NCBI GenBank assembly: GCA_965285935.1
Contig: OZ260661.1
Location: 102,610,001 to 102,674,000 of the forward strand
DNA length: 64,000 bases
Reading direction: 5' to 3'
Origin: Ophelia neglecta
Lineage: Eukaryota
In this document: in pieces, positions 49,724-63,850 of the stretch
How the letters are laid out: each line of letters opens with the position of its first letter
How positions within the stretch are numbered: position 1 is the stretch's first letter
The notes under the pieces: model-generated
Databases searched by the model: none
Seen by the model: the letters and a program-made list of their open reading frames with translations, nothing else
What the model was told of the DNA's origin: nothing
Position numbers and translations under genes: made by a program

Positions 49724-51592
49724 TTAATTAATAGTTTGAAGTCGCTCTTGGTCAAGTCGCTCTTTTATCGTTTATTCTATAAAATACGAAACTGAATTAT
49801 TGTGTCTGTTTTGTTTATGCTAGTAGTGTATGTGGTAGATGTAAATGACCCGGTAGTTAACTTATACCAATCTTCTCTATTACGCTTAGTGCGATGTAAA
49901 AGTGAGGACGGAATCATGGAAAAAACCGTTTTGACTGGTTCCCAGGCTAGCGCTATCAACCTGTAATTGTTTGATAGACTTGTGTTTGTAAGAAGTTTAT
50001 TTACAACCACAGGACGTGAGATGGGTGTTTTGAGTGCCCGCAGTATATGGTACCTGGTGATTTTTGATAAATGACTTTGGTTTGTCTGTCAGGTATCCAC
50101 TTTCATTATTACGTGTCACATGATAAAGAGGAGAGCAGCCCATGAAAACACCTTGTAAACATATAGAAATATGGGGCACTGCAGATATTGATAGCAGCGA
50201 AACCTGAAACATCACGAGACATGATCCAGGAAGTGAGTCTTCTAGGGACCAAAAGTTTCATAGATAATGGAAGATTTACCGTTCTCTTAGTGGATTGTAA
50301 ACTATGCAGACGACATTTCTGGTCATGGACACAACACATCAATACCATCACCTGTCGTCTGCTATATGTAATGCAGGTATCCGCATGGCTGTGCATGGTT
50401 TAGCATCTGCAGTGCTTTAATACCGACAAGGCCAACGTCGTCTGGCGAGCTTCTCTGTTTATGCGATAGTACTGCCGTTTCCTTGAAGTCAACGATAAAT
50501 GATTCATCACGTAGTGATGGCTGCCGCGCAGCCACCTACCGTTATCGGGCTATTGAGCATAAGCCTCCGCTACAATGTCGGGTTTGGGGAAAAGTCTTTT
50601 TTTTAATGAAAGGAAAGTCGACGTCTGCTGTTGCCGACCAATGACCCCGTAATAAGACAAGTTGCTAATATAAAAATAAGGGTGGTGCGGCCTCTGCTTT
50701 AATGATAGGGCCTACCAGTCTTTCCTTGGCATGTCCGACAATTAATCCCGAGGACTAGTATAACGTTACGGCTCTCCTCGATATGCCCTTCAGCGGCATC
50801 TGCAAACATCAGTCGGCAGGCCAAATCTGACTGATGCTCTCTGAATTTTAGATTTGATATACTTATAAGTCCATGAGATAAACAAAAGACAAAAAGCCAC
50901 CACGAACAGAACATTTCAGATTGTAATAGTTGTACATGGCTGAACGTTGTGAAATGATGACCTTTAAAATGGCGATGCATGGGCTTCATGTATCTAAATG
51001 GGTCACCATGTTGTGCTATAAGGAACCTAAATGGAAGTGGGCAGACCTGCCGGTGAACGAGGAACCTTTCTAACCGCCGTGTTAGGCTAATGCCCTTTTG
51101 GCGTACCTGGTCCCTTGCTCTCAGTCCAGGGGCCAGGAACACCTAAAGATTAATGGCAAAGTATGAGCTACTACACCCAGGAGGAAGCCATGGATTGTCC
51201 TGGTTTTGCGGAAGAAAAGCCGCCAAAGATGGCTGAGTAAGACTTGAATGCCACAGTGCAACCATTTACTGATTTAGGCGTCTAAAAACATGAAATGCAA
51301 TGTATGCATTGGCAATGGGATTAGCATTGGTTTTATAACCATTCACAGCTTGGGGAGGGTGGGATGAAAGTGCGGTGTTCAAAGGCTTGTTTAGCCTGCA
51401 GACGGTGAAATGTATTAGACATCAGGGTATGGATTATCTTAATCAACGCAGCGCACCTGAACGTCCGCCTTATTCATACCTGTCTATTTGCTCTTTGCTC
51501 TGTCCGACTTAATTCGAGCGAGCAAATACAGACAAATAGGACGGATTGATGAGGTGGCTTGAACTGATGTCCGTCCACGTGTAGTATATGCC

Positions 51593-51923
51593 AAGGGGGG
51601 GGGGGGGGATTCCAAATAGGGCCAGGATATATTGGTGCGGCAATTTTGACCCCCTTTTATGGCCATGATCTCGATCTTTTAGACTCCCAGTTTTAAAAAA
51701 TAGGAATCTTTAAGACTATGTATTTTCATATGAGCTTGATCTCTTTTACCTAAGTTTTCACACAAGGTCTTTAGGCCCCCTTATTCCATTCTAGAAAACT
51801 CTTTTTGGAAGGATCTTTATGGCCCCAATTTTCTCATAGCAGGCAGATCTTTTAAGCTCCTGATTTCAAGTTGTTGCCTTACACCCGAACTATATTTTGG
51901 GTCTAGTGCCCCCTCCCCCTCGG
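51593..51923. mobile_element. Non-autonomous element bounded by G-tract/C-tract inverted termini, with internal degenerate subrepeats
   Basis: Starts with a G-run then attcc, ends agtgccccctcccctcgg. About six internal gatcttt(t)agrcccc-like motifs. Confidence 0.45.
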
Positions 51924-53892
51924 AGTATATTGCCCCTGGGCAACGCGGGATATATCTGTCGGCTATGTTTATCATGTTTCAGACTTTATGTATTACAAAT
52001 CATTCAACCTCGTCCGCAAACAACAATATAATGATTTAACCATAAATCGTTTGGTATTTCATTAGGACTTATCATAAGAGATGGCTGTTTGTTCTCATAT
52101 TGCTATTAATTTGGACTATGACTTTTCCACACGGATCAGTCGATCAGTGAATAGCCTCGATTCACATTCTTGAATCCTAGGCTGATTATGCCGGTAAATA
52201 TTCAGCAAACTAGGCACATCGACCACTCAATGATTAACACTCAAAAACCAATCGATTGAATTAACCAGCTCCTGACCAAACCGGAAGTGTCTTTTCATAC
52301 CACGAGGTAGTTCATTAGTTAGACATGAAACAGGATAAAGGGCAGACTCGTTTCAACACAAATTATCACCAATTAAAACACAGTCAATGATAATGGAAGC
52401 AAATTGTATATGAAGAAAATGGGGGAAATATTCAAGTGCTATGTTCCATGAACAGGTGTAGCGGTGGGGGGCTATGGTTTGGTGAAGGGATATAAGATTC
52501 TGAGGCGAGTATGAATATATTAGCAAATTATCCCCTCCGGTAAACCTTCTGTGAGTTCTCTCAGTAGCGCATCACCCAAGGCACAGATAATGAATTCTCT
52601 CCGTCATCAATCAAGGACCTTGCATAGGAATTTCGCGTCCACGAACTTCAAAGAAAGTGCAAAACCTAATTTAGCATTAAAGTCATGTGCTGTGCATATA
52701 GGGTCGTATTGCACTATGATCTCGCCTGCGAAAGGTTGACATACACTGGAAGCAGATCCCGGTGTGATATGACTCTCGAGGGACGCCAATTAAATGGAGC
52801 GTATTGTGACATGCTTGTTAACGAAATGCTGTGCAAATGTCGAAAAAAACTGCGAGATGTCTGGCTACGGAGATAATTTAAAGCACACTAGGCCTTTAAG
52901 ATATGAGAAGGGCCTCAAAGGAGCAATGGAAAAATGCCCGTCTTGTACCCCATGTTTTCTATGGTACTTTATGTGTTTATATTAAAGCCTAAATCAGTCG
53001 CATGCCTCTTTTAAATGTGTACCATAGTTTGTTATAACAAAAATATTCTCAGTGTAAATGTTTTTTCTAAACATTTTCATCAGCAATAAAAACGCATAGT
53101 AGGCCTATATAAAATCTTTACCATAGACTGAGTGTAGCAAAAACTTGGCTAGTCTACAAATAGTAATCCTTATCACATGTGTTTACAAGTAATACATGGC
53201 AGACATCTGCCAAACTTTAAAAAATAGTTAAAAGAATCAAAAAAACATAACAACAAAAAGTTAGATTCAAAGGCTTTGCCAGGAATGAAAGATAGTTTAC
53301 TGTTAGGTTCAATTGTAAAGAACATAGGGCTCTTGTAAGTGGCATATTCTGACAAGGAATATACATTCAGCGATCAAGCTACAAGCATCTCCGTAATGAT
53401 ACCCGTCATTACACAAGACCTAGTAGGACATGTCACTCGATAACGAAACCCAATCGAGCAACGTAATTAGACATGTATTCATCCTTCTGAATGAACAATG
53501 CACAGCTTGTCAGGCCCACTGATGGACATTTGTTCCTTCCTCTACGAATTCATGGTTGATTGGGCTTTTGAACATGATTGGGGCAGGCAATGTCTGATTA
53601 TCTCTATTCACAGTATGTTTTACTCGCCTTTCTGCGCATGCTCAGACAGGCCTGTAAAGTTTAGGAGTTCAGCGTCCATGTCTTCCAAATATCAACACCG
53701 CAGGCACTGGAATTTGTTTTTGACTGTATCTTTTTCTTACATGCATTGTGTAGTACATTAGAGCACATATTCATGTATGTGCTATGAATATGACAAGTCT
53801 CTTTGCATGAAATATATACTTTATGCTACACAATATATGAGATTTCAAATACATAAAACAGTGCCTCTTTGTATATTTGTGTAAGCAAAGAC

Positions 53893-54162
53893 NNNNNNNN
53901 NNNNNNNNNNNNNNNNNNNNNNNNNNNNNNNNNNNNNNNNNNNNNNNNNNNNNNNNNNNNNNNNNNNNNNNNNNNNNNNNNNNNNNNNNNNNNNNNNNNN
54001 NNNNNNNNNNNNNNNNNNNNNNNNNNNNNNNNNNNNNNNNNNNNNNNNNNNNNNNNNNNNNNNNNNNNNNNNNNNNNNNNNNNNNNNNNNNNNNNNNNNN
54101 NNNNNNNNNNNNNNNNNNNNNNNNNNNNNNNNNNNNNNNNNNNNNNNNNNNNNNNNNNNNNN
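53893..54162. other. Assembly gap (270 N)
   Basis: Run of N. Confidence 1.
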
Positions 54163-57099
54163 ATCCTCCACAAACACGCTTGGAATGATTTGAGTTGGAC
54201 TACGTGAGGGCTATTAATGGTACATGCTCATGACCTTCAAACCCGTCTCCTTAATCTAAAAATCCCGCACCGGAAAAAAACAGTCAAAACCCGGAAGGAA
54301 AAGGAAATGAAGGATTGGTAGGAAAAATGTCACTTCTAAATCTAAGAAACAAAAATATTGCCTTACAATTTGACATATCTGACAAGGGAGCATCTTGCCT
54401 CAGGGGGCAGAATCGCCGCCGATACATTAATTCCAGGAGATGGCCTTTTTAGTCTGAAATGTCACTCCTGTTATCTGTGTCGTCATCTCAGGTGATGCGA
54501 GTGGAAAGAGACAAAGTAAAACCATTTGCTTTTTTCCTTTAAGAAAGCCCATATATTTTTTTCTTACATCTTTATGGCGTCGAATAAGTCTTTTTCAGAA
54601 GCAGTGAATAAATATGGAAATGGGACACGATGAATTGACTAATAATTCAGGCAGACTGCCCTCTATGGAGCCCAAATATACTATGGTAACAACACACGAG
54701 GGCTTCTCTGGCAGCTCATATTTTGCTTAGTGGTATTGTATACACGTCTGGTTATGATGCGAGATGCCAGAGAAGGCAGGCCTCTGGATACTTGTAACTA
54801 ATATCAATCGAGATGATTGCACTGTTGAAAAATCTAGGAGAAAAGAGAGCCACCGACTTGAATCAAGTCGAAATGTAGAGCTCTTTGCCTATCTTTTTGC
54901 ACCGTTTACTCGTTTACAATTACGCAGCTTGCAGTGCTATCAGCTTGTACGAGCCAGGGAACCGCGCTGTAGATAGGATCGACCTTTAGGGCCACAATGA
55001 AGAGCATTAGACAGACAACTACTCTCTAAAACGGGCCGAATTTCACAATCCGCCTCTTAGCTGCAAAGAGCATGAATACCAGCCAGCAGACTGACACAAC
55101 CTCGCACCACCATGAACATCCAGCCCAGACATTATAGTCAAAATGCACTACAACCCCTACCCCCCCCCCACAATACTCTACCTGCGCGAATACCTCCCTC
55201 CCCCTTGATAGAGAACTCATCGCCCTTAAGTTACATGTCAAAGTTAACCACGTGGAATCATTCTTAGAACGCATACACATTTTTATCATCCCACAACAAC
55301 AGGGTAGATATAGATTACATTGGTCCGAAGAGGGAATACTGAGGCGAGAAATACTAACCTAGATGGCCTGGTGAAAGCCTAGGTGAGAAGCAAAAGCCAA
55401 TCAAGAACGGGACCGATATTGAGTCACAGACGAAGAAAATTATATCGGCTGGATTTTCTGAAGACGGTTCAACAACTGGAAAATTATATACCCGAATAAA
55501 CCACAGCCTCACCAAATTTCTCAACTTGATCATGACAATACATAACGGAATGTTTATGATTGTTCGACTGAACAAAAACGACGTGTATATGTTTATACGT
55601 ATAACTAAACTCATGTTTGATGTCATGACACGAGAATCGTTAACTGTAGATACAAGGTGACTGGACAAGAGGGACGGGGGTTAACCATTCTCGTCTCACT
55701 AAGCCATGCGAGTACAACACCTTTAATCACATTAACTTCGTTGTTTGAGACGATTTAAGCTGTAAATCTAATTATTTAACGCGTCGCTCGCTGATCATGA
55801 TTCTCTCCTCATCCCTAATAGTCCGGCTACTCTAGTCCTTTACCTGCTCAATGGCCGGTAACATATATAGGTTATTTGTCTATATGTAGACAGCTTTCTA
55901 AAAATACTAATAAAAGAAGTATAATCGGAGTACACTGTTATAATCGAGCAGTTTCACGAACCACACATATTTAAATATAGCTTCTCGGCTTTTCTAAAGA
56001 TAAGCCCACTTGTATAGTCTCTTACTGTATAATATCGTATATCAAAAGTATGTACTTATGACGAAAATATCTGTTGATAGGTGCGTTTATAAAAAAAGCG
56101 ATCTATGAGAATAACTTCTACCTATGCATGGAGTACTACGTACATACGTGCATTCTTTGGGCCTATAGCAACATTATGGTAACCCACTTTGAAATATTTC
56201 TATATTGTACCTTGGGAAATTAGTCAGGAACTATTATGATTATTATAGTACTTTTATTCTCACGACAACGAATTAATATCAAGGGTTCCCAAGTGGGTAA
56301 AATAGAATCTGCTTGTTGATATCTTATGTCGCCTGAGCGTTTCTTCGGAATGTCAATCATGTGCCCAGTTTTCTGTACAAATCACTTCTAGTTTCTCCAG
56401 GTGACGCACATCTGTGGCCTTATGACGCACACCAGAATGGTGCAACCATGATAGCAATGTGATAGCAATGATATATTTTAAAAGCTCCCCTTCCCCGATT
56501 TCGGAAAAAAAAACTATTTCACAAGTGCTGGGATTGCTTTTACTTACGTTGGTAGATATGTAAATAATGTGTAAGGAGACGATCGCTTATGTACTTCCGG
56601 TTACTAGAGTTTAAACTCGGATTCCTAGCCATTGCTTCACCTGCACTAGTTTAGTTCAGACAAGTAGAACCACTTGAGTAATTTACTTATCGAATCATAA
56701 CATATTCTATAATTTGCTACAGTATTGCCCGATCTAATCCAATATTTGTTGATCTGTGCAGCAAGGAGCCCGGCTATCTATAGCGGAGAATGGGTTTATC
56801 TGCCTCTCGTCGGACCATCCCAAGCTATTGATTTCTGAGGCAATTTAATACAGATAAGTGAGAGGTTTAGCATCCTCGCCAACACAGTATATAACACTTC
56901 CTCCAACGATTAAGGCGAGATTGTTTACCATAAACCAGTGTAACGGGACAGATAGAGTTATGGTGACTTAATTAATGAGAAACGGGAGACGTTTAGTAAA
57001 TAAATGACAGCAATGGGGTTGGAGAGAAAGCTAAACATTCATTCGAGTTATTTTTATGGCACTTAATTTCGCACCACAATCCTTGAACTGATCCGATGC

Positions 57100-57482
57100 G
57101 TGAAGTAGACCCACGGATGGAGAAGTAGACCTACTCATGGAGAAGTAAACTCCTGCATGGAGAAGTAGACTCCTGCATGGAGAAGTAGACTCACGCATAG
57201 TGAAGTAGACCGAAGCATGGAGAAGTAGGCCCATGCTCGGGGAAGTAGACTTCTGAATGGAAAAGTAGACTCCTACATGGAGAAGTAGACCCACGCATAG
57301 TGAAGAAGGCCTATGCATGGAGAAGTAGACCCATGCATGGAGAAGAAGACCCACGCATGGAGAAGTAGGCCCATGCATGGAGAAGTAGGCCCATGGTTGG
57401 AGAAGTAGGCCCCTGCATGGAGAAATAGCACATGTTTGGAGATGTAGACCATTCTTGGCGAAGTAGGCCCATGAATGGAGAA
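57100..57482. repeat. Minisatellite, 20-bp unit (ggagaagtagacccatgcat), ~19 degenerate copies
   Basis: agaagtag recurs every 20 nt. Confidence 0.95.
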
Positions 57483-60400
57483 GGACACCTATACACGAAC
57501 TTCCAGGAAAAGAAGACAATGTGACTTTATTGAGTAATTACGTCACCAGTTCTAAAGAAACAGGTGTGAATACCCGGCAGACAGAATAAATTCAGTATTA
57601 ATAAATATTACATTTAATCGGTCGAAATCATCAGCGGCAGATGCAGACACACAGACATCATGCAAATTAGCTTGTAATGACGTCCCGACTAACATAACAA
57701 ATTTTATTTTGGCGAAAAAAAAGCCCTTTCTCAGGCCGTTTTGTTGTTTGTTTGGGTATTACTGCACTGTCCTGGTTTGACCTCTCGCTAAGAACTGATG
57801 GTGTGGCAAGCTAATGTAGTGGCAGGGTTAGGGTTTTCCACACATTCAACGTTCGATTGCAATTCTTTAGAGCCTATATCTAACTTGACCTTCACTGGGC
57901 CTTTACTCACCTCGTACATTTTCGCACCTGGGCACCGTAGGGTGTCGGCAGCCTGCGGAGACTAAGAGGTCTAATGAACGGTCGTTTGGCAACCCAGAGG
58001 TAAAAAATAACTCGCCTACGGCTCTCTATTCATCCCTCTGAGTAGCCGCAAAAACCGTCCAATAACCCCTTACGTATGATTAGGACAACTGATAACATCA
58101 AATTTGTATCAGTATAAGTCATGGAGAACCAGTCCAATGTAATAACTTTCCGAGTGTTTCGAGATGTCATCCATTCTTTTTGCGTGTGTTTGCAGTTAAC
58201 AGCGACGTTTCCGAGACGGGGGCATACATGTTTATAATAAAACGACCTACAGGCCTACCGAACAAAGGTGCGTAAATAAGTATTGGCTGTCTTTTTGGAA
58301 GCAATAAGACCTTTTATAATATTGGACTTCAGCAATTGATATTTGTATAAATATTACTTGCTCAGGGCCAATAGTGTTGCAATATAGTTCGTCGCCAATC
58401 CAATATTTGTATAATAACGCAAGACATATTATTTAGGAACTGGGGGAAGGCAATAAAGTTGAATCATCGTCAAGAAAATATATCGGAAGGGCCAAGAGTG
58501 TCAATCGTAATAAACTAACTCGGAAATTATTGTCCGTCTCGAATGGTAGCAGGAAAAATATGCTGTCGTAGTTTGGTAATAGACTACTGCTTAACCAAAC
58601 AATTTGGTGTGGGATAAGGGAAGTCGCTATTCGCATAAAATTGCCAGGTTTGCAGTTATTTACAGGAAAGCTAGTGATCGTGAAGAAACAGTTGACTGAA
58701 GTTCCTGCTAAGCCAAAACAGATTCATTCCAAAATGATAGGTTTTACTGGCAAATGAATGGAACTCCTTGTGTCTTCGATTTTGAAACTCCACGCTTGGA
58801 TCCAATATTGGATGTTTTTGCTGCATCAAACCAGAAAAATGAACATCTAATCATGGTTCTTCACTTAACCAAGAGAGTATTGAAACACAAAATACAGTTA
58901 TGAATATAGGAATCTCCAATAAGGCCCCAGGGATGGTTATTACTAAGGAACCGGAAGTAATGGGGCAGGAAATGGATATTTTAAACTGATTCGTATACTA
59001 ACATAATGTATATCTTCATTATTTAGGCCCTACTAGATTCTTTCAGTTCGGAATAATACTAACACTTCTTAAATAATACTAACACTTCTGACTAACGTCA
59101 GATTCTGTCCATCGCTGCAGATTCGGGTCTCTGTTATGCTGTTCATTGCCATATTCTTTATAGGAATATGTCAAATGGAGGAACTCGCATGTTATCAACT
59201 CCTCACATTTATTTAGAATATACTATATTAATGTTATGCCTCGGTCATGGTTTTTAAAGCATCACCCCACGATTGCTTTCAGCACGAGGATGTCGTATTG
59301 GCCATGAATAGATGTCTGACAATGAATATATATGTAGCTATTCGGCCAGGCTGAAAACAACTACAACATGCAAGCAGCCGTTAAAAGTTAGAAGAGGCAG
59401 ATTGTTTTCATCGACAAATTACGATGAAGTTATAGGTAAGTTATAGGTAAGTTACACGCACTTGGAGGATTGACGCCCTTCTCTTCTTGGGGGCTACTGC
59501 GTGAATAATCTTCATTTATGGGTTTATACAGTCCCTAGGGTGCTGGACTACAAAGGCAAGTGGCTATGTATGAGGATAATTAATGTCCCCGGGGAAGAAA
59601 ACATATGCATGCCTCGTCGCGGCAAGACTCATTACTCCAAAACCTCCAGCTTTGAATGGCATGAATGCCAAAAACAAATTATTTTTGAAATGAAAATGTA
59701 TCATAATGTGCTTCGGTAGAATTGCACACTCTTTTATTAACAAAACAATTTGCCCATTAAATTGATGTACAGATAGCGGCTTATCCAAGCAATGAGGTAC
59801 ATACGAGCGGCTGAAGGAAAGAGGCCTTGGCTAGGGTAAACAATGGAAGTCATTAAGGGCAGACGCTATTTGGCTGAGAGGAATATTGTCAGGAAAGACA
59901 GGCATATTCCCTAAGCTAAACGCGGATAACTGGCGTTAATTTGAAATTTTCGCCTAAGGCTTGCGGTGTTGTTAGTATCGTAAAATCTAAATTACCCTTC
60001 ACGAAATGATTAGCCTTTAAATGAAAGACCTCGCCACTGGAAAAATGGGTTAATGACTGGGAGTAAGATTATACTCAGAGGGCAACAACAAAAGTCCCAA
60101 GTCAATACCAACATGTCCCCGGGGTTAACAGTTCTGAGTGGGCGGGGGGAGGGCGGGGGGGGGGGGGGGTTGTGATAAACCACTTTTGACATCCTGATTG
60201 GCATGCAATGCTTAGACATGATACAAAACTCAGTGGTTATGCCTATAAATATTGTCTTTTTCACGGCAATGTAGTCAACACAACAGTCGCAATTAATCAT
60301 GAAATTTCGATCATGGAATATATGGAAAATGCCAATGTTAAAATAAAAGAAAGGTAAGCACTTCGATCAAATTCATCTGGTAGCTATGGTAACAAAGAGA

Positions 60401-61619
60401 ATACGATGATTTACCGGCGAAAGCAGTACAAACCTTGCCATATGTCTCGCTAACATCAAGCAGGCAAGAAGCCCCTGGCGGTCTGCCCCTAATCTGCCCC
60501 GCTCTTCCGTCACAATCCTTGTTCTTTTCTGGCATTGAGCCTCAGCGGATCATTCCGGTTTTAATGGTCCTCGCCTAGAGGCCGATTTCTCGGCAGCAGT
60601 TGGCAAAAGATTCAAATCACTGGCAGCTATTAGACTGGGTAGTTAACAATCGAGAACAGAGCTCAGGTGGTCCGTAGGACAAACCAGATGCATTTTCTGT
60701 AGGATCCAATGCTAGTGACAGATTTGTAATTTGCTATAAACAAACCTTTTTCTCCTCGATGTTGTCGGATCTGTGTTATTGGATTATTCAACAGTCCAAT
60801 ATGTTGTATTGCCTCAAGAAAAGAAACGATCTTGATCGCACATTGATTATCGTGATGATAAGAATCAATCAAATTTTGATGGCATCCCATGGCCACTCAG
60901 AAATAGCCTCTTGATTAGATATCAGATTATTCCGGTCGACTTTGCTCGCATCATGCAATGAGTTGCAGCCCATGTGAACTATTAGTATTCAGGGTGGGGG
61001 GGGGGGGGGAGGAAAAATGGTTTCAGGTTTTGAGGCAAGACGTTTCTGACAGACGCTAGCAATTCGCCGCATTTCTACTATAGGCAACGCAAAGCGAAAA
61101 GGTAGTCCTTACTTGCGGATCAAGTCGCTAGAAGTGGGGTGAATTGGTCGAGGGTGGGGTGGGAGTCAGGACTTTCCTTTTTCTGGAGGGTTATGCCCCG
61201 CTTTCCTCTATGCGAGGATCGCAGACTCAATTCCCAAACCCTGACACTGATAAGCATTTTTTTCAAGAATTCTAGATCCGGTATTATCCCTTCGGCTTTG
61301 CTGTGTGATCATCTCAAACCGTCAAGAGCAAGGCACAACTAGAGATAGAATTGTCTTGACAATTACCAAGCTCTGTCTCATTAATTTGTTAATTGCATGC
61401 AAGCCACGGTGTTTGAGAGTTAATAGGTGTCGACGCTTGGTTCAAATCAGTCACAAAATAGCTGACAACAAATAAGTCGATGTCGAATGGTATTAAAAAA
61501 CTCTAACCCCTCGGAAGCGACGAGACAAGACTTTTTATAAGCCAGCCCTCTTGCATAAATGACAAGCTCAACTCAAAGTCAGACTGACACAGAGCCATTC
61601 TCTGGTGGGTCGTGGGGAG

Positions 61620-62051
61620 GAGGAGGGGGGGGGGGCACTCCTTTACTTGGGCAATGAATATTATGCTGGGTGGTATCTGAGCGTTTTCTTATAAGAGATA
61701 CGTTACTCTGTTTACAACAATACTATCAAATACGGCCACCCATTTATTCAATATCTATAACAATGGGTCTAATTCGCCCTTCTGTCATTGACCATATTTA
61801 ACAGAGTGTTTAAGCATTTTGAGCCATGCACTTTTAGCAACAATATTCCAAAATAAAGGCTCACTCTATATACAATTCAAGGTGTAAGTAGTTAGTATTA
61901 CCTAGCCCTCTTCTCTTCGGGGGCATGTATATGATTCATAGTGCATGTCGCCTTAAACTTTTAATGATTATATAACCTTTTTTCCCAAGCCTGGATGAAA
62001 CATCTCTTCTCGAGGATATCCTTAAATTTACGATACCCCCTCCCCTCCCCC
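61620..62051. mobile_element. Non-autonomous element bounded by G-tract/C-tract termini
   Basis: Left end gagggggggggggcactcc, right end gataccccctcccctccccc. Same terminal architecture as 51593-51923. Confidence 0.35.
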
Positions 62052-63542
62052 CGTTTTTTCTCTACCCGTTGACTATCGCCCAGCTGAACCTATAAGGCTC
62101 TTGGGTTCTCCCCTGGCTTACATTCAGCCGACGGACGAAAACTGGCCACATACAGATTGTAGATTTGGATGATCTGACACCAGCGAACTTGCTTCCCATG
62201 TGTCTGTCTCAGGAAAGTCGTTAAAATAAACCTTGGCCATGCAATTTATTCGGCTGATTCAGGAGAGAATAGGCTTCCTCTCTAGGAAATGATGTGCAGT
62301 CAAGGCTATAAAACCAGGGCCTTCAGCTGCTGCCAGTGAGCTTGACTGCGAGGAATTAGTGCCAAATTCATCAAGAACTGGCAATAATAGTTACTAAGCG
62401 TAGTATAGGCCTGCTGGTCTGGTTTAGTCATAGATTTCGTTCCAGCTGTGGTACGCAATGAACGGATATTACCATATAGGGTACCTGTCGCACCTGTTTC
62501 TGTTTCTTTATCATGTTAATGTTCGAAATGATACAACGCTTTGTGCATTCATGATCATAATAGTATATTATAATGATGTTTGGGGGGAAGTGGAGTAATT
62601 CTGAGCAGTTAGGACGCCATATTCCGCGCACAACGAGTAGCGAATAAGGCTACTTCCTGCGCGCAATAAGACGATGAGGCAAACTCGCCACCTTTATACC
62701 GTGCGCGGAATAAGGCAATACTTCCTCCTCGATTAGTCGATTTTTGCGCGAACTTAAAAGATGGCCAATATTACACGACTTTTCCCTGATTCGAGTCAAA
62801 GCGAGGCTGTATTAGTACATGATTCTTGGTGTTATTGACTGTACTATTTTAGGTGTCATGCACTGACCACTAAGCCACCCCTTTAATTTTAACTTGGCTA
62901 GCAATTTGATATGGGTATTACCACTGCAAAGAAAATAATGGCTCAGTGAGGCCAGCAATATATTAAATTGCTTGAACCTAAAAAAGCGCATTTAATGAAT
63001 CTCTAGATGAGAAGCGTACTTTGTAAGACCCAGACGACAAACGTGGCTCGGTGTTATCCTGCAATATCCGACGGGGAAATCGGAGCTCTTTAAACGACAC
63101 GCCTGCCCCTTTTTGATGGCTATGCCTCGTCAATATGGCGTCATTTTGGAACATGATGGCAGTAGCGATTTTTCCATTTATTATTTAGGCTTCGAGGTTA
63201 GCTGTTCAAACCAAGAAGAGTGTTCGACAGAAATATTATAAAAAAACTCTTCAATGTTACGTTGTGTTTTTATGACCATGCAGTTTGACAACATGCCTCT
63301 GACTCTCTGAGTCATCAGCCTGCGGACGAGGAGACATTGCTAGCTCAAAGAGCAATATTGACTCTCCAAGGATGCAGATAATTGTAAGCCATTCTTCCTT
63401 CATTCGGGCGTTCAAACTCGAAGAATGTACCCCAATTGACATATAAATCTAGGTTTATCTACCGCTGTAGCACGTGGATGGAACATACACGCATTCATTT
63501 AGATCTGGGATATGATTCTATTTTCCATGTTAAATTTTACAG

Positions 63543-63850
63543 TCAATAGGGCATTCTGACTATTGAAATAACGAAAAGATTCCGATAGAGTGCTCTTGTC
63601 GATACCATGGTTCCAATCGCCGAAACTGCTTTGATGGATGTGCTGCCTCTGGAAGGACCGGATCTGATTGTACCAGCCATTGAGGGGGAAACCGAGACGG
63701 AAAGCAATGTAATATCTCCATTTCCAGGATCGTAATTATAGTTACTCTCACAGTCGACTGCTACTGCAGTATTCAAGCTGGCAACCAACTGTATACCAAT
63801 GGCTCTAGCCTGGTGTGATTGAAAAAATATGCTACAGTACTGCCCTAACG
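63543..63850 (+). pseudogene. Decayed Cys-rich EGF-like (MEGF/SREC-type) exon(s)
   Basis: After the acceptor ttttacag the frame reads SIGHSDY*NNEKIPIECSCRYHGSNRRNCFDGCAASGRTGSDCTSH*GGNRDGKQCNIS...VDCYCS, then, frameshifted, QYCPN followed by the donor g|gtaagc. Cys/Gly spacing is like EGF-like repeats. Confidence 0.45.

Noticed and set aside
50699-51142. 147-aa ORF and other 60-130 aa ORFs across 36-63 kb
   Set aside because: No recognisable domains, often non-ATG starts, and composition typical of random non-coding frames.
53826-54207. ORFs of 103-115 aa
   Set aside because: Artefacts of the N gap.
57031-57519. 162-aa ORF and overlapping ORFs
   Set aside because: Products of the 20-bp minisatellite.
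62620-62770. CpG-rich patch with E2F-like and YY1-like motifs
   Set aside because: Short motifs only, and no associated gene could be established.
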